Of a stretch of DNA of 64,000 nt, positions 1 through 10,138 are shown in pieces. Source of the stretch: an uncultured Actinomycetota bacterium (GTDB lineage: Bacteria > Actinomycetota > Actinomycetes > Actinomycetales > Cellulomonadaceae); assembly GCA_963850545.1 (NCBI GenBank), contig CAWKLP010000002.1:1501934-1565933 (forward strand), in the 5' to 3' direction. The notes beneath the pieces were generated by a model that was not told the origin of the DNA, did no database searches, and saw only the letters and a list, made by a program, of their open reading frames with translations. How positions within the stretch are numbered: the first letter of the stretch is position 1; each line of letters starts with the position of its first letter. A program made the translations under genes and the position numbers.

Positions 1-708
1 CCGGAGCATGTCGCCGTCGTCGGTGTCGCGGATGATCGCCGGAATGGTATCCAGCTCGGCCGCCTGCGTCGCGCGCCAGCGGCGCTCACCCATGATGAGC
101 TCGTACTCACCGGGGTGCTCCTTGTCGGGGCGGACGACGATCGGCTGAAGGACGCCGATCTCCTTGATCGACTCGACCAGCTCGTCGAGGTCGCCCTCGT
201 CGAAGACGCTCCGCGGCTGCCAGGTGTTCGGCCGGATCGCGGTAACGGGCAGCTCGGCGAAGCGCGCTCCCGGGACGGGAACGAGTTCGGGTGTTTCACG
301 TGAAACAGCGTCAGCCGCACCTTGCTCCCGGCTGAAGAACGTGTCGTCCAGCGCCGACGCGCTGCTGCCCTCCCCCGCCTCGTTCGCGACCGAGAGCCGG
401 CCGCTGGCAATTGCGGAGTCCCAGTTCACCGTGCTCGGGCGAGGACCCGCGTTCTTGACGGCCTTCTTTTCCGGAGAGGCTTCCGTCGAAACGGTGCCGA
501 CCGAGATGGTGCTCACCGGAACCTCGTCGGTCGGGGCGAGCGCCGGCGACGGTCGCTCCTCGACGACGGTGGCGACCGAGCCGCCCAGCACGCTGTCCGC
601 GCCGTCCGACTCGCCCAAGCCCGCTCCGGTAACCTGATCGTCCAGCTCAGGACCCGTCGGGATCAGGGCGCCCAGGCCCCGCCCGAGCCCTCGTCGCTTC
701 GCACTCAT
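1..708 (-). CDS. parB: Chromosome partitioning protein ParB (runs off the window start)
   Basis: Read manually, not in ORF track. Starts MSAKRRGLGRGLGALIP after an AGGAG RBS, contains YELIMGERRWRA (ParB CTPase motif), and lies directly downstream of parA. Confidence 0.95.
   Translation of the reverse strand, partial: MSAKRRGLGRGLGALIPTGPELDDQVTGAGLGESDGADSVLGGSVATVVEERPSPALAPTDEVPVSTISVGTVSTEASPEKKAVKNAGPRPSTVNWDSAIASGRLSVANEAGEGSSASALDDTFFSREQGAADAVSRETPELVPVPGARFAELPVTAIRPNTWQPRSVFDEGDLDELVESIKEIGVLQPIVVRPDKEHPGEYELIMGERRWRATQAAELDTIPAIIRDTDDGDMLR
292..307. promoter_or_regulatory. parS site (inside parB)
   Basis: TGTTTCACGTGAAACA, perfect parS palindrome. Confidence 0.9.
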
Positions 709-805
709 CGTGTCTCCTCGTCGGTTCCGGTCCGACGCCGAGCGCGGACGGGCTTCGTCTCCATCATCACGGGGTGCATCTCTCCCCGTTCGTCACTGCG
801 GACCA

Positions 806-2791
806 TCAGTCCTGCGCTCCGACCGGCTCAGCCTTCATCGCGCGCCGCGGGCTCGAACCGCCCTGGCCGCGCTCCGCCAGCTCGCGGGACGCCTGAAGAT
901 ACGCGAGTGCGCCCGTCGATGTCGCGTCGTACGTCATCACCGTCTGCCCATAGCTCGGCGCCTCCGAGATTCGCACCGAGCGCGGGATCGTCGTCTTGAA
1001 GGTCTCGGCCGGGAAGTGCGACCGCACCTCGCCCGCGACCTGCTGCGCCAGGTTGGTACGACCGTCGTACATGGTCAGCAGGATCGACGAGACGCGCAGC
1101 TCCGGGTTGAGGTGCGAACGGATCAGGTCGATCGTCTTGAGCAGCTGGCTCAAGCCCTCGAGTGCGTAGTACTCACACTGGATGGGGATGAAGACCTCAC
1201 GACCCGCGACGAACGCGTTGACCGTGAGCAGACCAAGACTCGGCGGGCAGTCGATGAGGACGTAGTCGATCCGCTCCTCACCCGCTGCGACGCGGTCGGC
1301 GAGATACTTGTCGATCGCCTTGCGGAGCCGTGTTTCACGTGAAACGAGAGAGACGAGCTCGATCTCGGAACCCGACAGATCGATCGTCGCCGGCACGCCC
1401 CAGAGGTTCGGGACGTCCGGGCACTGCTGCACGGTGCTCGCCAGGGACTCGCCCTCGACAAGGATCTCGTAGACCGACGGCGTTCCCGCGCGGTGCTCAA
1501 TGCCGAGCGCCGTCGAGGCGTTGCCCTGAGGATCGTTGTCGATGACGAGCACGTTCAGACCGGACTGCGCCAGCCCGGCAGCGACGTTCACAGTGGTCGT
1601 CGTCTTGCCGACGCCACCCTTCTGATTCGCGACCGTGATGATGCGCGTCTTCGAGGGGCGAGGAAACCGCCGCCCCTGGAGTTCGATGCGTCGGCGAGCG
1701 TCCATTGCGAGCTCGGCGGCGACAGGAGTGGTTTCGTCAACGGCCGGGACGGTTGCGATGAGGGCCGACCGCCGCTCGTCATCGCTACCGTGCGGGCCGT
1801 CCGTGGGCTGCTGGGTGCCATTGGGCGTCTGCACGGACCCGGGTGTTTCACGTGAAACACCGGGAGCGGAGAGGCTCTGCACAGGAATCGGATCCGTCAC
1901 GCGGACACTGTAATCGCTGGCCACGTCATCTGGCTCGGACTCCGGCTCAGTTTCTTCGTCGAAATGTGTGAGTTCCGCGTCGACGAAGGCCACCGCCTCG
2001 TCGTCGTCGATCATCGTGGCCGATCCGATGACCGAAGGGGCGGCGTTCACTGCCGCGTCGAGCGCCTCGCTCGCCCGCTTGATCGCGTCCACCGGGATCG
2101 GGCGATCCGAAGGCAGCTCGTCCATGAGATCGGGATCCTCGTCCGTGGCTCCCGCCGCATTCTCCCCGGCCATCTCGTCCACCGCCGAATCCAGGACCTT
2201 CGTCACGTCGTCGACCTCCACTGCGTCCGCCACGTCGGTGGCCTTCTCTTCCCCGGCGGGCGCCGCCTGCGTGACTGACTCGATCAGCTGGCTCAGCACT
2301 GCCACGTTCCTTCCTTGGGGATCGGGACGGTCCTGGCCCCAGACCTCGTCGCGAGGTCCAGCACTCACGATCTCGGGCTGAGGTGGCGCCATGTCTTCGG
2401 ACGACGGGACTCCCACGCTCTCGGGGTCCTTCGACACGGACGGCTCAACGGCTGGCGCGGCGTCCTCCGCGGGTTCTCCATCGCCTCGCAACTCCGAAGG
2501 CTCTGCTCGCCCTGCGATCACCCTCGCCTCGACCCCATCGGCCCTCGGCTCGGAGGCGGGCGCGTCCGTCGTCTGCTTCTCCGCCACCACGTCAGCGCCC
2601 GACGCTGGTCGATCGGTCAGGACGGCCACGGGCGACGTCGACGCGGACTCGGTCGCCGTCTCTGTCGCGGACTCCCCCCTCGTCGAGGACTGTTCCGAAG
2701 CGGACAAGTCAGGCTCCGCTGCGTTCGCGGCCGGCGCCGCGACAGACGCAGCTGCCGCTACTCGCTTGGACTTTCGTCTGAAGAAGCACAC
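806..2791 (-). CDS. parA: ParA/Soj ATPase with a long acidic low-complexity N-terminal extension (true start uncertain)
   Basis: ANQKGGVGKTTT deviant Walker A, IDNDPQGNAS, IDCPPSLGLLT, EYYALEGL. About 370 aa of Ala/Glu/Asp/Pro-rich sequence precede the ATPase. Confidence 0.9.
   Translation of the reverse strand: MCFFRRKSKRVAAAASVAAPAANAAEPDLSASEQSSTRGESATETATESASTSPVAVLTDRPASGADVVAEKQTTDAPASEPRADGVEARVIAGRAEPSELRGDGEPAEDAAPAVEPSVSKDPESVGVPSSEDMAPPQPEIVSAGPRDEVWGQDRPDPQGRNVAVLSQLIESVTQAAPAGEEKATDVADAVEVDDVTKVLDSAVDEMAGENAAGATDEDPDLMDELPSDRPIPVDAIKRASEALDAAVNAAPSVIGSATMIDDDEAVAFVDAELTHFDEETEPESEPDDVASDYSVRVTDPIPVQSLSAPGVSRETPGSVQTPNGTQQPTDGPHGSDDERRSALIATVPAVDETTPVAAELAMDARRRIELQGRRFPRPSKTRIITVANQKGGVGKTTTTVNVAAGLAQSGLNVLVIDNDPQGNASTALGIEHRAGTPSVYEILVEGESLASTVQQCPDVPNLWGVPATIDLSGSEIELVSLVSRETRLRKAIDKYLADRVAAGEERIDYVLIDCPPSLGLLTVNAFVAGREVFIPIQCEYYALEGLSQLLKTIDLIRSHLNPELRVSSILLTMYDGRTNLAQQVAGEVRSHFPAETFKTTIPRSVRISEAPSYGQTVMTYDATSTGALAYLQASRELAERGQGGSSPRRAMKAEPVGAQD
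1331..1346. promoter_or_regulatory. parS site (inside parA)
   Basis: TGTTTCACGTGAAACG; encodes VSRET in ParA. Confidence 0.88.
1844..1859. promoter_or_regulatory. parS site (inside parA N-terminal extension)
   Basis: TGTTTCACGTGAAACA. Confidence 0.9.
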
Positions 2792-2968
2792 GCGTGTAAC
2801 GCTACGGTCGCGTGCCTGCTCAAGCGTGTCGAAACGCCGACCCCGCGGGGATCAGATCCAGTGTTCGACCCGAGATGCGCCTCGCACTCCTGGTTCAACC
2901 TCACCAAGCCCCCGTTCGACACTTATCCGGGGTTCTCCCCCCAGGGCCGACCCCGCGAGGCGCAGACC

Positions 2969-2984
2969 TGTTTCACGTGAAACA
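2969..2984. promoter_or_regulatory. parS site
   Basis: TGTTTCACGTGAAACA, intergenic upstream of parA. Confidence 0.9.
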
Positions 2985-3336
2985 GGCACACCTTGAGCCT
3001 CTGACTCTTCTGACCCCCCGCTCGCCCGAGCGGCAGGCGTAGGGATGAGCGATCGAGATGGCGTGGCGGGATCGGAGGGGAACCAGACCCATCACCGGGA
3101 ACCGGATCGAGCCTGAGGGGCAACTGGCAGCACCAGCCAGCTCGCCAACCCCGCACGATCTCGGCGCCTCCGCTCACCCCGCCTGGTGCGCCACCGCCGC
3201 TCCCGCCCTTCGTCACTTCGCCACCAATCCGGCGGTTCGTCGACGCCATGCGCCAGCCCCCTGCTGCTCCCCTGCGGCAAGCGCCACCGAGCTCGGGAGT
3301 CGTCGTCGCCTCCTGATCCGGCCGTGGGGCGACATC

Positions 3337-3352
3337 CGTTTCACGTGAAACG
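3337..3352. promoter_or_regulatory. parS site
   Basis: CGTTTCACGTGAAACG palindrome. Confidence 0.88.
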
Positions 3353-3529
3353 GAACCCGCCGTCCCGCATGGCAAGGACCCAGCGCGCCTTAGTGGACCT
3401 CAGCCTCTCGCCCACGCCCCGGTCCGACGGATCACCTTCGCTATGGCCGATCTGATATGTCCCGGTAGATCGGCGCGCCGCATATCCTCGATACGCCCAG
3501 GCACGTCTGACTCCACGCAGGGAGGCGTC

Positions 3530-4027
3530 TTGTCCAGACCCATCACCCGAGCCACCGCACTGATCACAGCGTTCACCGCCGCGCTCGTGCTCGTCTTCGC
3601 GACCCCGGCCAGCGCTGCCACATTCCTCACCCACGCCCAGGCCACCAGCCAGCTGAGCGCGGCCGGCATCAGCTGGACGTCAAGCGGGGGATGTAGCGAC
3701 CGCAACGTCCCCACCTGCACCTCGTTCGAACAGGTGCGGCAGACGACGATCGACGGGATCCGAACTCTCCGCTCGGCCAGCGGATGCGCCATCACCATCA
3801 CCGGCGGCACTGAGACCGGACATTCCAGTGGCACCTACAGCCACTGGAACGGCTACAAGCTCGACATCCGCCCGACCACGTGCATCGACAGCTACATCAC
3901 CAACAACTTCACGTACGTCGGGTACATCTCCGGCTGGGGCTATCAGTACCGCTCCGGCGCTGGGAACCTGTACACCGACGAGGGCAACCACTGGGACATC
4001 CTCTATTACAACTGCGGCGGCTGCTGA
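3530..4027 (+). CDS. Secreted small protein, putative Hedgehog/DD-peptidase (M15-like) Zn-binding fold
   Basis: GGAGG RBS and TTG start. Signal peptide ends PASA-A. Has HWNGYKLD (H-x6-D), a downstream NHWD His, and several Cys. Confidence 0.6.
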   Translation: MSRPITRATALITAFTAALVLVFATPASAATFLTHAQATSQLSAAGISWTSSGGCSDRNVPTCTSFEQVRQTTIDGIRTLRSASGCAITITGGTETGHSSGTYSHWNGYKLDIRPTTCIDSYITNNFTYVGYISGWGYQYRSGAGNLYTDEGNHWDILYYNCGGC

Positions 4028-4104
4028 CGACGCAGCCCCCGGCTGGGCACACACGGTGCCCACAGAAACAAGAACGGGAGCGGTCGCCCTCTGGCGGCCG
4101 CTCC

Positions 4105-4120
4105 CGTTCCACGTGAAACA
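4105..4120. promoter_or_regulatory. parS site (variant)
   Basis: CGTTCCACGTGAAACA. Confidence 0.85.
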
Positions 4121-4136
4121 TCGCTCCGGGAGGGAG

Positions 4137-4826
4137 CTACTTCCCGCGACGCACTCGAACGATCGTCGTCGACTCGACACCCTCCACGGTGGTTCCCTCA
4201 AGGATCTCCGGGTCACCCGCGCCGTACTTGCGCAGGACCTTGCGCGCCGGCTCAACCTCCTGCGCCACATTGCGCCCCTTGAGAATCACCATCTCACCGC
4301 CCACCCGGACGAGAGGCATGCTCATCCTGACCAGCTTCGAGAGCGCGGCCACCGCCCGGGACGTCACGGCATCGACCTCGAACGCACCGTGATACTCCTC
4401 GGCCCGTCCGCGCTTCACCTGGACGTTCGTCAACCCGAGCTCCGCCACGACCTCCGCGAGCCAAGTCGTTCGCCGCTCCATCGGCTCCACGAGCATCACC
4501 TCGAGCTCCGGTCGCATCGCCGCGACCACCACGCCGGGCAGTCCAGCACCCGACCCGATGTCCGCCACGGAACCCGCAGTGGGCAGATACGGCACCACGG
4601 CAGCCGAGTTCAGGATGTGTCGCTCCCAGATGCGGGGAACCTCGCGGGGTCCGATCAACCCTCGCAGCTCCCCCTGGTCACGGAGCAGCTCCGCGTAGTG
4701 CGCGACCCGGTCGTACGCGTCGCCCAGGTACGCCCTGACCGCATCGCTCGCGCCGAGGGTCTCGCCGTCGGGCACTCCAGCGATGGTGCCGAACTCCTCC
4801 TGGCCTGCCACGTCCGAACCTTCCAC
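4137..4826 (-). CDS. rsmG: 16S rRNA m7G527 methyltransferase RsmG (GidB)
   Basis: WERHILNSAA, DIGSGAGLPG, VTSRAVA motifs; GGAGG before GTG at 4826; conserved position. Confidence 0.95.
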   Translation of the reverse strand: MEGSDVAGQEEFGTIAGVPDGETLGASDAVRAYLGDAYDRVAHYAELLRDQGELRGLIGPREVPRIWERHILNSAAVVPYLPTAGSVADIGSGAGLPGVVVAAMRPELEVMLVEPMERRTTWLAEVVAELGLTNVQVKRGRAEEYHGAFEVDAVTSRAVAALSKLVRMSMPLVRVGGEMVILKGRNVAQEVEPARKVLRKYGAGDPEILEGTTVEGVESTTIVRVRRGK

Positions 4827-4923
4827 GTCCTGTCCTCCACTAGCTGTCGAAAAGAAGCCAAACACACCGAGGGCCGGTGCACGTCCTCGGGACGCACACC
4901 GGCCCTCGGCCGAAACCAGTGGC

Positions 4924-5478
4924 TCAGTCGTTGACCACAGCCGGCGTCTCAGCAGGCTGGACCACCACAAATCGCTCGGGCTCTACACCCCGCGAGTCGC
5001 TGACCAGGCCCGCTGCGGCGACGGCGTCGTGCACGACCTTGCGCTCGAAGGCGTTCAGCGGCTCGAGCTCGACCTCCTCGCCAGAAGCCCGTACCTGCTC
5101 GACCGCTTCCCCGGCGATCCGGGTGAGCTCCACCCGACGCGCCGCTCGATAGCCGCCGATGTCGAGCATCAGCCGGCTCCGCTCCCCCGTGCGCGTCTGC
5201 ACGGCCAGGCGTGTGAGCTCCTGCATCGCGTCGAGCACCTCGCCCTCGCGACCGATCAGGTGCGTCAGCGACTTGGGGTCGTCGGCGACCACCTCAACCG
5301 CTGCGCGGTCGTGCTTGATGTCCAGGTCGATGTCGCCGTCGAGATCGGCGATGTCGAGGAACTCCTCGAGGTAGTCAGCGGCGATCTCGCCCTCCTCCTC
5401 GAGGTGCTTGGTGCGGTCCTCCGGATCCGCGACCGGAGCCGCGGGATCGGGCGCGGCCGTACCTGTGCTCGCGTTCAT
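4924..5478 (-). CDS. jag: Jag/KhpB KH-R3H RNA-binding protein
   Basis: EEGEIAADYLEEFLDIADLDGDID, LIGREGEVLDAMQEL, ERKVVHD (R3H). Confidence 0.93.
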   Translation of the reverse strand: MNASTGTAAPDPAAPVADPEDRTKHLEEEGEIAADYLEEFLDIADLDGDIDLDIKHDRAAVEVVADDPKSLTHLIGREGEVLDAMQELTRLAVQTRTGERSRLMLDIGGYRAARRVELTRIAGEAVEQVRASGEEVELEPLNAFERKVVHDAVAAAGLVSDSRGVEPERFVVVQPAETPAVVND

Positions 5479-5490
5479 CGCGTCTTCCTC

Positions 5491-6720
5491 CTACTTCTTC
5501 TGCTTGCGCTTGCCCGACGACGCCGGGGTCGACCCGGGCGTCGTACCGGACTGCTTGGGCTTCGAGCCGGGCTGCTTCCCGGGCGTCGTACCGGTCTGCT
5601 TACCAGGCGTCGTGCCGGCCTGCTTGGGCTTGGGACTCGGCTGCTTCTCGGACGCCGCGTCAGGCGCGTCCTGCGGCGCAGACTGCGGCGCGTCCTGCGG
5701 CGCGGACTGCGGCGCGTCCTGCGGCGCGGACTGCGGCGCGGACTGCGCGATGGCCGGACGAGGAGGCATCGCACCCTTCTGCCGGCTCTTCCGCTTCGGC
5801 TGCACCCGCTGACCGCTCTTCGGCTCCTCGACAACCGGGGTCTCATCCTCGATGACCCCACCGTTCTTCGCGGCCCGCTTCGCAGCCTTCGCCGCCTGCC
5901 GCTCCTTCATCTGCTTCTCAGCTACGGAGCCCGGCGTCGGCATCCGCCTGATCGTGTAGTACTGCTGGCCCATGGACCACAGGTTGGTCACCGTCCAGTA
6001 GATCAGCACACCGACCGGGAAGTTCACGCCGGAGATCGCAAAGACGATCGGCAGCATGTACAGCATCAACTTCTGCGTCTGCGCCATCGGGCCCTCGAGG
6101 GCCGACGGCGGCATGTTCTTCATAGTCAGCTGGCGCTGCGTGGTGAAGGTCGTGACGCTCATCGCGACGATGAGCACGATGACCACGATGCGCGAGGTCA
6201 TGGAGTCCGTCTGCAGGAAGACGTCGCTCAGCTGCGCGCCGAACAGTGTCGACGACTCGATGTCACCGGCGACCGAGCGGGTGATCGGGCCGATGGGGTC
6301 CGCGGTGCCCTCGGAGATCTGCTTGAGGCTGTTCAGTACCCGGAACAGCGCGAAGAAGATCGGGGACTGCAGCAGGATCGGCATGCAGGAAGCGAACGGG
6401 TTGGTCCCGTGCTTCCGGTACAGCTCCATCGTCTCGCGCGTCATGTTCTCGCGGGACGCCGGGTCCGTCTTGCCCTTGTACTTCTTCTGCACGGCCTGCA
6501 GCTCGGGCTGGATCATCTGCATCCCGCGCGAGGCCTTGATCTGCTTGAAGAAGAGCGGGATGAGCACGATGCGGATCACGATCACCAGGGCGACGATCGA
6601 CAGGACCCAGGCCGTACCGGGACCGGAGGACATCCCCAGTGTCGTGAAGAGCCAGTGCGACCCGTAGATGATCCAGGCGACGACCCATTCGATCGGCCAG
6701 AGGAAAGCGAAGAAGTCCAT
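5491..6720 (-). CDS. yidC: Membrane protein insertase YidC
   Basis: IRIVLIPLFFKQIK, NPFASCMPILLQSPIFFALF, GVLIYWTVTNLWSMGQQ; basic repetitive C-tail. Confidence 0.95.
   Translation of the reverse strand: MDFFAFLWPIEWVVAWIIYGSHWLFTTLGMSSGPGTAWVLSIVALVIVIRIVLIPLFFKQIKASRGMQMIQPELQAVQKKYKGKTDPASRENMTRETMELYRKHGTNPFASCMPILLQSPIFFALFRVLNSLKQISEGTADPIGPITRSVAGDIESSTLFGAQLSDVFLQTDSMTSRIVVIVLIVAMSVTTFTTQRQLTMKNMPPSALEGPMAQTQKLMLYMLPIVFAISGVNFPVGVLIYWTVTNLWSMGQQYYTIRRMPTPGSVAEKQMKERQAAKAAKRAAKNGGVIEDETPVVEEPKSGQRVQPKRKSRQKGAMPPRPAIAQSAPQSAPQDAPQSAPQDAPQSAPQDAPDAASEKQPSPKPKQAGTTPGKQTGTTPGKQPGSKPKQSGTTPGSTPASSGKRKQKK
5663..5746. repeat. 7 x 12-bp coding tandem repeat (APQS/APQD) in the YidC tail
   Basis: Units GGCGCGTCCTGC / GGCGCGGACTGC. 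Confidence 0.85.
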
Positions 6721-6801
6721 CGGTCAAGAAGCTCCAGAGTCGGTGACGCGAAGTCTGCGGTAGGTGCGGGTGTCGTGTACGGCGGCACGAGCCGGGGCAG
6801 G

Positions 6802-7110
6802 TCAGCCCTCGGCGTGAGTGTGCGCGCCGCGCGCGGGCGGCACGTCGTCGACGCCGCCGAGACTCCACGGGTTGCACCGCAGCAGGCGCCACAGCGCGAG
6901 ACCCAGCCCGCGCAGCGCACCGTGGCGCCGCAGCGCGATCAGGGCGTACTGCGAGCAGGACGGGTAGTACTTACAGCTCGGAGGGCTCATCGGGCTGATG
7001 AACGCCTGGTAGAAGCGGACCATCCCCACGAGGATGGTGACCGGAAGCCGACCGATCAGCGAGGGCTCGCGCAGCGGTGCCTCACCCTCTGGTGCGGGGA
7101 TGGTGGTCAT
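6802..7110 (-). CDS. yidD: Membrane protein insertion efficiency factor YidD
   Basis: CKYYPSCSQYA, RLLRCNPWSLGGVD. Confidence 0.93.
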   Translation of the reverse strand: MTTIPAPEGEAPLREPSLIGRLPVTILVGMVRFYQAFISPMSPPSCKYYPSCSQYALIALRRHGALRGLGLALWRLLRCNPWSLGGVDDVPPARGAHTHAEG

Positions 7111-7484
7111 CTCTTCCCGTCTCCGGATGCGCGTGCGACGGCACGGCGCAGGCACGAGTTGAGGTCGCGATCGAGGTCGGCGTACGTGGCGCCCGCCGAC
7201 GGCGGAAGTGCGCGCACGACGGCCCGGGCGGAGCTGGGCAGCACCGAGAGCTGCCCGAGCGCGGCGGCTCGGAGCCGGCGCTTCACCAGATTGCGCTGCA
7301 CGGAATTACCCACAGCCTTGGAAACGACAAAACCGACCTGTGGAGTTCCCGATCCCGAGTCCGGGACGTTTTCGTCCGGAACCAGGAGGTGAACCACCAA
7401 GGTCGATCGACCTGCACGCGTGCCGCGACGCACCGTCCGCTCGAAGTCGACGGAACGGCGCAGACGGTGCGCCGCGGGCAACAT
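7107..7484 (-). CDS. rnpA: Ribonuclease P protein component
   Basis: MLPAAHRLRRSVDF, VGFVVSKAVGNSVQRNLVKRRLR. Confidence 0.95.
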   Translation of the reverse strand: MLPAAHRLRRSVDFERTVRRGTRAGRSTLVVHLLVPDENVPDSGSGTPQVGFVVSKAVGNSVQRNLVKRRLRAAALGQLSVLPSSARAVVRALPPSAGATYADLDRDLNSCLRRAVARASGDGKR

Positions 7485-7488
7485 TGGC

Positions 7489-7626
7489 TCAGGCTGAGAG
7501 CTCGGCGCGACCCTTGCGACGGCGGTCCGCCAGGATGGCGCGGCCGGCGCGGGTGCGCATGCGCAGCCGGAAGCCGTGGGTCTTTGCACGACGGCGGGTG
7601 TTCGGCTGGAAGGTCCGCTTGCTCAC
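7489..7626 (-). CDS. rpmH: 50S ribosomal protein L34
   Basis: Read manually: [45 protein letters not shown]. Confidence 0.97.
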   Translation of the reverse strand: MSKRTFQPNTRRRAKTHGFRLRMRTRAGRAILADRRRKGRAELSA

Positions 7627-7951
7627 GAGGTACTCCAAGAACGTCGGGGTAGGCACACCGTCTGTCCTCGACGATGCAGTGAATGGTGGCCGTTCAGTAC
7701 AACAATCGGCCGAGCCGACCCGGGGCCTGGTCCACTGGTCGCAGCCGGCGTCAGAGGACGTGGCTCGAATCCATGTATGGGCGCGCAGAAGTACCTGGAA
7801 CGGCTGTCTGACGTTACGCCGCCGGGACCCTCCGGGTCAAACCAGAACCGCAGGATCATGCGTGTCGGACGCACCACATCTCGCACCGCGGCGGGCCTCG
7901 GGGAGGCATCGACAGCCCGCCCGCGTACCACTTACCCAGCCATGATCCGCG

Positions 7952-7984
7952 CAATCCACAACCTGTGGACAACTGTGTGGACGG
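7952..7984. promoter_or_regulatory. DnaA boxes upstream of dnaA (autoregulation)
   Basis: CAATCCACA, TGTGGACAA (perfect TTGTCCACA on the minus strand), TGTGGACGG. Confidence 0.8.
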
Positions 7985-8058
7985 TGCTCCATCATGGCAG
8001 ACTCCAACACACCCCCAGCACCGCGCACCACCCCCGCGTACGAGACGAAGGAAAGCCA

Positions 8059-9495
8059 GTGGCCAACCCGGACGAGAACATCGGCGACGTCTGGGCACAG
8101 ACCCTGACGGCGCTCGAGGCCCGGCCCGATATGAGCCCCCGGCAGCTCGCCTTCATCCGACTGGCCAAGCCGATGGCAGTGCTGGACGACATGGTGTTCA
8201 TCGCCGTCCCCCACGAGCAGACGCGCACCTACCTGGAGACGGCGGTCCGTGACGACCTGGTCTCTGCCATGTCATCGGTGCTCGGTCGCGACGTCCGCTT
8301 CGGCATCACCGTTGATCCGGAGCTGAGCAGCAGCACCCTCGCCGGCCCGTCGCAGATCTCCGGCCCGGCCGCGCTCTCCCTCGAGCACGAGCCCCCGGAA
8401 CCCGAGCAGGCGCAGATGCCCATCGCGCCCCAGCCGGCACCCAAGCCTTCGGCCGAGCCCACCAGACTGAACCCGAAGTACATCTTCGAGACGTTCGTCA
8501 TCGGCTCCTCCAACCGGTTCGCGCACGCGGCCGCCGTCGCAGTGGCCGAGGCGCCGGCCAAGGCGTACAACCCGCTCTTCATCTACGGCGACTCGGGACT
8601 GGGCAAGACCCACCTGCTGCATGCCATCGGGCACTACGTCCACAACCTGTATCCACACATCCGGGTGCGATACGTGAACTCCGAGGAGTTCACCAACGAC
8701 TTCATCAACAGCATCGGCGAGGGCAAGGCCGGCGCCTTCCAGCGCCGCTACCGCGACGTCGACGTCCTCCTCATCGACGACATCCAGTTCCTGCAGGGCA
8801 AGGAACAGACGATGGAGGAGTTCTTCCACACCTTCAACGCGCTGCACAACGCGAACAAGCAGGTAGTGATCACGTCCGATGTTCCGCCCAAGCAGCTCAA
8901 CGGTTTCGAGGACCGGCTGCGCTCCCGCTTCGAGTGGGGCCTCATCACCGATGTCCAGCCCCCCGACCTCGAGACGCGTATCGCGATCATGCGGAAGAAG
9001 GCCGCGAGCGAGCACCTCGATGTGCCTGCCGACGTCCTCTCTTACATCGGCTCGCGGATCTCGACGAACATCCGGGAGCTCGAGGGGGCGCTGATCCGCG
9101 TCACCGCGTTCGCCAACCTGAACCGGCAGCAGGTGGACCTGGCACTCGCGGAGATCGTCCTCAAGGACCTCATCACTGATGACGACGACACGGCGGAGAT
9201 CACCCCTGCAGTCGTCATCGCGCAGACAGCCGCGTACTTCGGCCTCACCATCGACGACCTGTGCGGCTCGTCACGGTCCCGCGTGCTGGTGACCGCCCGC
9301 CAGATCGCCATGTACCTGTGCCGCGAGCTCACGGACCTGTCGCTGCCGAAGATCGGCCAGCAGTTCGGCGGGCGCGACCACACCACGGTCATGCACGCGA
9401 ACAAGAAGATCGCCGGCCAGATGGCGGAGCGTCGCTCGACTTACAACCAGGTCACTGAGCTCACTAGCCGAATCAAGCAGCAGCAACGCGGCTGA
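8059..9495 (+). CDS. dnaA: Chromosomal replication initiator DnaA
   Basis: NPLFIYGDSGLGKTHL, LLIDDIQF, RELEGAL, GGRDHTTVMHA; GTG start after a GAAGGAAAG RBS-like sequence. Confidence 0.98.
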   Translation: MANPDENIGDVWAQTLTALEARPDMSPRQLAFIRLAKPMAVLDDMVFIAVPHEQTRTYLETAVRDDLVSAMSSVLGRDVRFGITVDPELSSSTLAGPSQISGPAALSLEHEPPEPEQAQMPIAPQPAPKPSAEPTRLNPKYIFETFVIGSSNRFAHAAAVAVAEAPAKAYNPLFIYGDSGLGKTHLLHAIGHYVHNLYPHIRVRYVNSEEFTNDFINSIGEGKAGAFQRRYRDVDVLLIDDIQFLQGKEQTMEEFFHTFNALHNANKQVVITSDVPPKQLNGFEDRLRSRFEWGLITDVQPPDLETRIAIMRKKAASEHLDVPADVLSYIGSRISTNIRELEGALIRVTAFANLNRQQVDLALAEIVLKDLITDDDDTAEITPAVVIAQTAAYFGLTIDDLCGSSRSRVLVTARQIAMYLCRELTDLSLPKIGQQFGGRDHTTVMHANKKIAGQMAERRSTYNQVTELTSRIKQQQRG

Positions 9496-10138
9496 ACCAC
9501 ACGTCTGCGGGGCCTTCAACGCCTCAAAATGGGACATCGCGCTCGGTTTCCACACCTGTCCCCACCCCTGTGCACAACGTCACCCGTGCGCAGGGGTCTT
9601 GCGTATACGCACCTCCACAGGTCTATCCACATACGGATCCCTGGATTCTGGGGACTCCGCTCTGCTTGTCCCCAGCACTGTGGACACGTGCTGTGCAGAA
9701 CTTGGCCCACACCGCTGACCTGCCCATACACACCTGGGGACAAGCCTGTGGACGGGTGTGGATGAACCGCCGATTTCTGTGGGCAGAGACCCCCAAATCG
9801 GTGGACAGCCTGTGTGTACAAATTGGTCCTCCACAGGGGTCCCCAGTTCATGCACAGGTCGGCCCACAGCTCCTCCACAGGAGAAAATGGCCGCTGACCT
9901 GCGAGAAGACCCGATTTCCCCAGTTTCCACAACACCGACTACTACTACGACATCTATCTCTTAGGGGGAATCCACACGCCTTCATCAGGCGGCTCGAGCG
10001 TTCGGCGCACCACTTCGAACACTAGTACTAGTCACCCCGAGATGTCCATCCACAGGCCCGGCCTATCGAGTGCCGCCCGGTCGCCAACTCGCGTAGGGTT
10101 TCCCTCGACAGTCCAGGAACAAGAGGAGATGCAACGGC
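9496..10138. other. oriC (dnaA-dnaN intergenic region)
   Basis: Dense DnaA-box-like 9-mers (TGTGGACAC, TGTGGATGA, TCCTCCACA, GTTTCCACA and others). The GACTACTACTACGAC DnaA-trio-like tract at 9937-9951 adjoins boxes and an AT-richer segment. Confidence 0.92.

Noticed and set aside
1330-4121. Short ORFs beginning MFHVKH/MFHVER
   Set aside because: They are translations of parS palindromes, not a protein family.
5663-5746. Tandem repeats resembling an array
   Set aside because: In-frame 12-bp coding repeats with no unique spacers. No CRISPR array or cas gene was seen anywhere in the window.
4783-7392. 869-aa plus-strand ORF
   Set aside because: Antisense shadow of jag/yidC/yidD/rnpA.
7576-8058. 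160-aa N-terminal extension of DnaA in the ORF track
   Set aside because: Overlaps rpmH and the dnaA promoter boxes. The RBS and domain I support a GTG start at 8059.
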